Assembly (NCBI GenBank): GCA_002104905.1
Contig: MCFE01000083.1
Coordinates: 1-64,000, forward strand
Direction of reading: 5' to 3'
Source: Basidiobolus meristosporus CBS 931.73
Taxonomy: Eukaryota > Fungi > Basidiobolomycota
Length of the DNA stretch: 64,000 nt
Shown here: positions 61,624-64,000 of the stretch, piece by piece
Layout: every line of letters starts with the position of its first letter
Numbering within the stretch: the stretch's first letter is position 1
Program-made: the position numbers and the translations under genes
The notes under the pieces: model-generated
Told to the model about the DNA's origin: nothing
The model's input: only the letters and a program-made list of their open reading frames with translations
The model's database searches: none

Positions 61624-64000
61624 TGCGATCGCTTTGAATTGCTCATATTTGTAATGATCCCGACAACCCTTTTTTTTTGCGATCCAAATCAAGCCATCGC
61701 AAATCAGTGATCATCAAATTTTTGATATAAGTAATATCAAGGTTGTCTCACATTTGAGACAGAACCCCTATAAATAAACACCCTGCATATATATACGTCA
61801 TCTGTACTACCAGTGCAGCTATTGGATCTGTTTCGCACCTACAAGATCGCTTGCGTGCTAGCTATGACACCTTGTCCAATCACTAGGATCAGGGATTTAC
61901 TTGCTCAATGGGCAAAATGGGATATTTAATGGCAAATCAGGTAGCTTTTTCAGTAGACAATGAGCCAATTGGGGGCTGCCAGTTTCAGGATACTTTTGGA
62001 CCAATTAACCACTGAGATACCGTCCAATTGGAGTGAGGGTAACCAAAATGGTAAGTATCAGTGTAGTTTATAGTGTGATACACATTTATTTCCATTTACA
62101 TTAAAGAAACATATCCAAATACCGGAATTTACCTGCCATTATAGCGGTATCCAATCGCGCACGTGATGCAAACATTACAAGTTGGCGCGATCATCCGTGC
62201 CGACCTCATCGTGTCAGATTGTGCCATAGTGTGCGAGATCGTCCCGCATAGTGTGAAATCGTCCAAGAACGATCCTGCCTTCTGGTAGCTATAATATCGC
62301 GCCCGATCGTTCTTTGCGACCGCGGATTGCGCCGCGCGCCCCGGCACGGTACAATGGCACAAGTCTAATAGTTACAAAGACAAAAAGTATCTTTGCTTGT
62401 AAAGAACAAACTTGGGAAAGAATCAAAGATAATAAAAGATTCCTACTCTGAGTATTCCTCACAAGTAGTGCCTCCAAGGTCAGTTGGCTGTCAGCACAGT
62501 TTCCTGGGAGTGTCCTGTGGTTTTGGGTTGGAAGTTCAGGTAGCAGCAGGTAGCAGTGATCACACTAATCAACAAGTCAGTATATTGATAAAAGGGATTA
62601 TGACTTATTGTTGAGGGATAACCTCCCTTATATACTTTTCTCACTGGCTAAGTGATTACTAAGCATGGTATTCCAGAAGGTTCTGGATATCAATAGAAAT
62701 CTTAATGACATCAGAATGACCTAAGAATGTTCTAAGTAGGTGCTGGATGGTTCTAAGAAGCACAGCACATCCAACCAATCAGGAATTGGTATTCTGAAAC
62801 CTGGGTAACATAGGAATACCATATATGGAATGGAAATGGTAGAGATGGTGACACAGGTTGATCATGTGTCACAGGCACTGGCGCGGGTACTTGCCTAATA
62901 TAGAAGCACTTATAGCTAGTAATCTTACATAAAGTGAGGGGTAACTTATGCAATAAGGTAAGCAGGTGTGAAAGTCAACCGGCTTATAGGATAGTACTGA
63001 TTGGGTAAGATAAATGGGATGAAACTAAAATAAGTGTAGTAGAGATATAGGGAAGTAGAAAATCAGGGTATGAGCACATCTGTTAGTGGGTGTCACTGTC
63101 ATCCCACTACACTGGATTATATCTGGAGTGTGAACAATGTTTTCACTCAATGGTGGTGGATTCCTGACAAATTGGGTGCGTTGCATTGGTAGCATTTTTG
63201 GATGTGAATGCCATGCAACTGTTAACACATGCTGTAATCAGAACAGTCTCTGGATCATATGTTACCAGCCACATGACACTTCACAAATAACTCCATTAAA
63301 ATCTACCATTCATTAAGAATCTCTGTTATAATGCCCATTTACTATGACTTTGCCTATGAGGAATAATTGCAATGAGCACATCTGAAGGCCATTGCAAAGT
63401 TAAAGTCCTGTGGCTAAGAGGTAATGACCCTGTCAGGATAATGTGCAAACACCATTGAAAAATAATTGCACTCCATACTTACCAAAAATCTAGTCAAAGT
63501 TTTTCATCACAACAATTCATAGGTGGCATTTGGTTCCATCTCAGCCTATTACCTCCCTCTCTGATCCAAACATTCAGTGACCTCCTATGTATTCATGCAT
63601 TGATTGACTATTGCCTCTTTCTTGCACTCCTTACTTCCTGATTCAACCAATCCTCTTACTTTGCATGCATACATATTGATTTATTTGCTTTGAAACTTCA
63701 GTTGTACCTCAATTGCCAGTTGTGTTAACCTATATAAGTCCCTTTACCCAACCCTAACACTAAGCTCAGCACCACAATCAGCAAGTAACCTCATTAAAAT
63801 CCACCACTCAATTAGTATTTCTGCAGTTATGCTATTTTTCCATGACTCTGGCATGAGCAATATGGCTTTATGCCACTGTTCACTCACTACTTCCTATATA
63901 TCCCAGTCTTCAGCTGGCACTGCAAAGGTTAGCACCTCATTCACCAGTCTTTGCAATAGATGCATGCAATATTGAGTACATTTTTTTGAGCTCAACTCTT

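Larger units (their letters stand above)
58934..62366. mobile_element. Apparently intact PHIS-superfamily (PIF/Harbinger-related, Pangu-like) DNA transposon, 3433 bp, two divergent ORFs
   Basis: Imperfect 24-bp TIRs AGACTTGTTCCGTTGGATAGTGCC / rc of GGCACGGTACAATGGCACAAGTCT. 3-bp TSD AAT on both sides; the empty site GTC-AAT-AGTTAC is visible in LTR-B copy 1 (~48107-48118). GTGCC/GGCAC subterminal repeats. Confidence 0.88.
58607..63111. mobile_element. Solo LTR family B copy 2, split by a PHIS DNA transposon at 58934-62366
   Basis: 58607-58933 plus 62370-63111 rebuild ~1069 bp collinear with 47787-48858. Termini TGTGGTG...CACTACA; TSD CCGG/CTGG. Confidence 0.88.
55759..64000 (-). mobile_element. 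Degenerate CACTA/EnSpm (CMC) transposon copy B with tnp2-type transposase pseudogene; runs off the window end; hosts LTR-B copy 2
   Basis: Minus-strand motifs in order: ACVNSCMAFT..PICQE (~63200), SCWSLILINLNL...SGSKSLSNLDGCLYPLLDEF (58238-58579), GDTPAISKKAGFSGHNG (~58150), SFPLGAMHLLFNN (57390/57880), GFE.LYHK (~57000). CCC-starting terminus at 55759. Confidence 0.8.

Overview
Fungal genomic DNA, intron-rich (introns mostly 50-70 nt); it looks like an early-diverging lineage, but the taxon cannot be fixed from sequence alone. The window has two halves. (1) 1-40.2 kb is gene-dense with normal CpG content. It holds an APH/ACAD10-11-like gene (partial), STE20-type PAK, cyclin H, ATP18, a choline/ethanolamine phosphotransferase, an alpha-arrestin, a Myb/SANT (trihelix-like) protein, RPS14, RPS28, an MME1-like carrier, ISA2, GCAT/kbl, C2H2 and HSF transcription factors and a Zn-ADH-like oxidoreductase. 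A cluster of nested ~345-bp copia solo LTRs sits at 11.8-14.1 kb. (2) 40.3-64 kb is a CpG-depleted block of nested transposons: CACTA/EnSpm relics, Ty3/gypsy pol, a copia 5' end with a half-tRNAiMet PBS, a ~1.07-kb solo-LTR family and an apparently intact two-gene PHIS (Pangu-like) DNA transposon. Top finding: manual splicing of 13 micro-exons invisible to the ORF track (28790-27129, minus) gives an uninterrupted ~311-aa kinesin-like motor domain. Its P-loop, switch I and switch II are all degenerate, and it sits N-terminal to a long coiled coil, so it is a candidate catalytically dead pseudo-kinesin. Second finding: the intact transposase ORF (59117-60001) has zero CpG in 885 nt despite 29 Arg codons, while the other half of the same element is CpG-rich.
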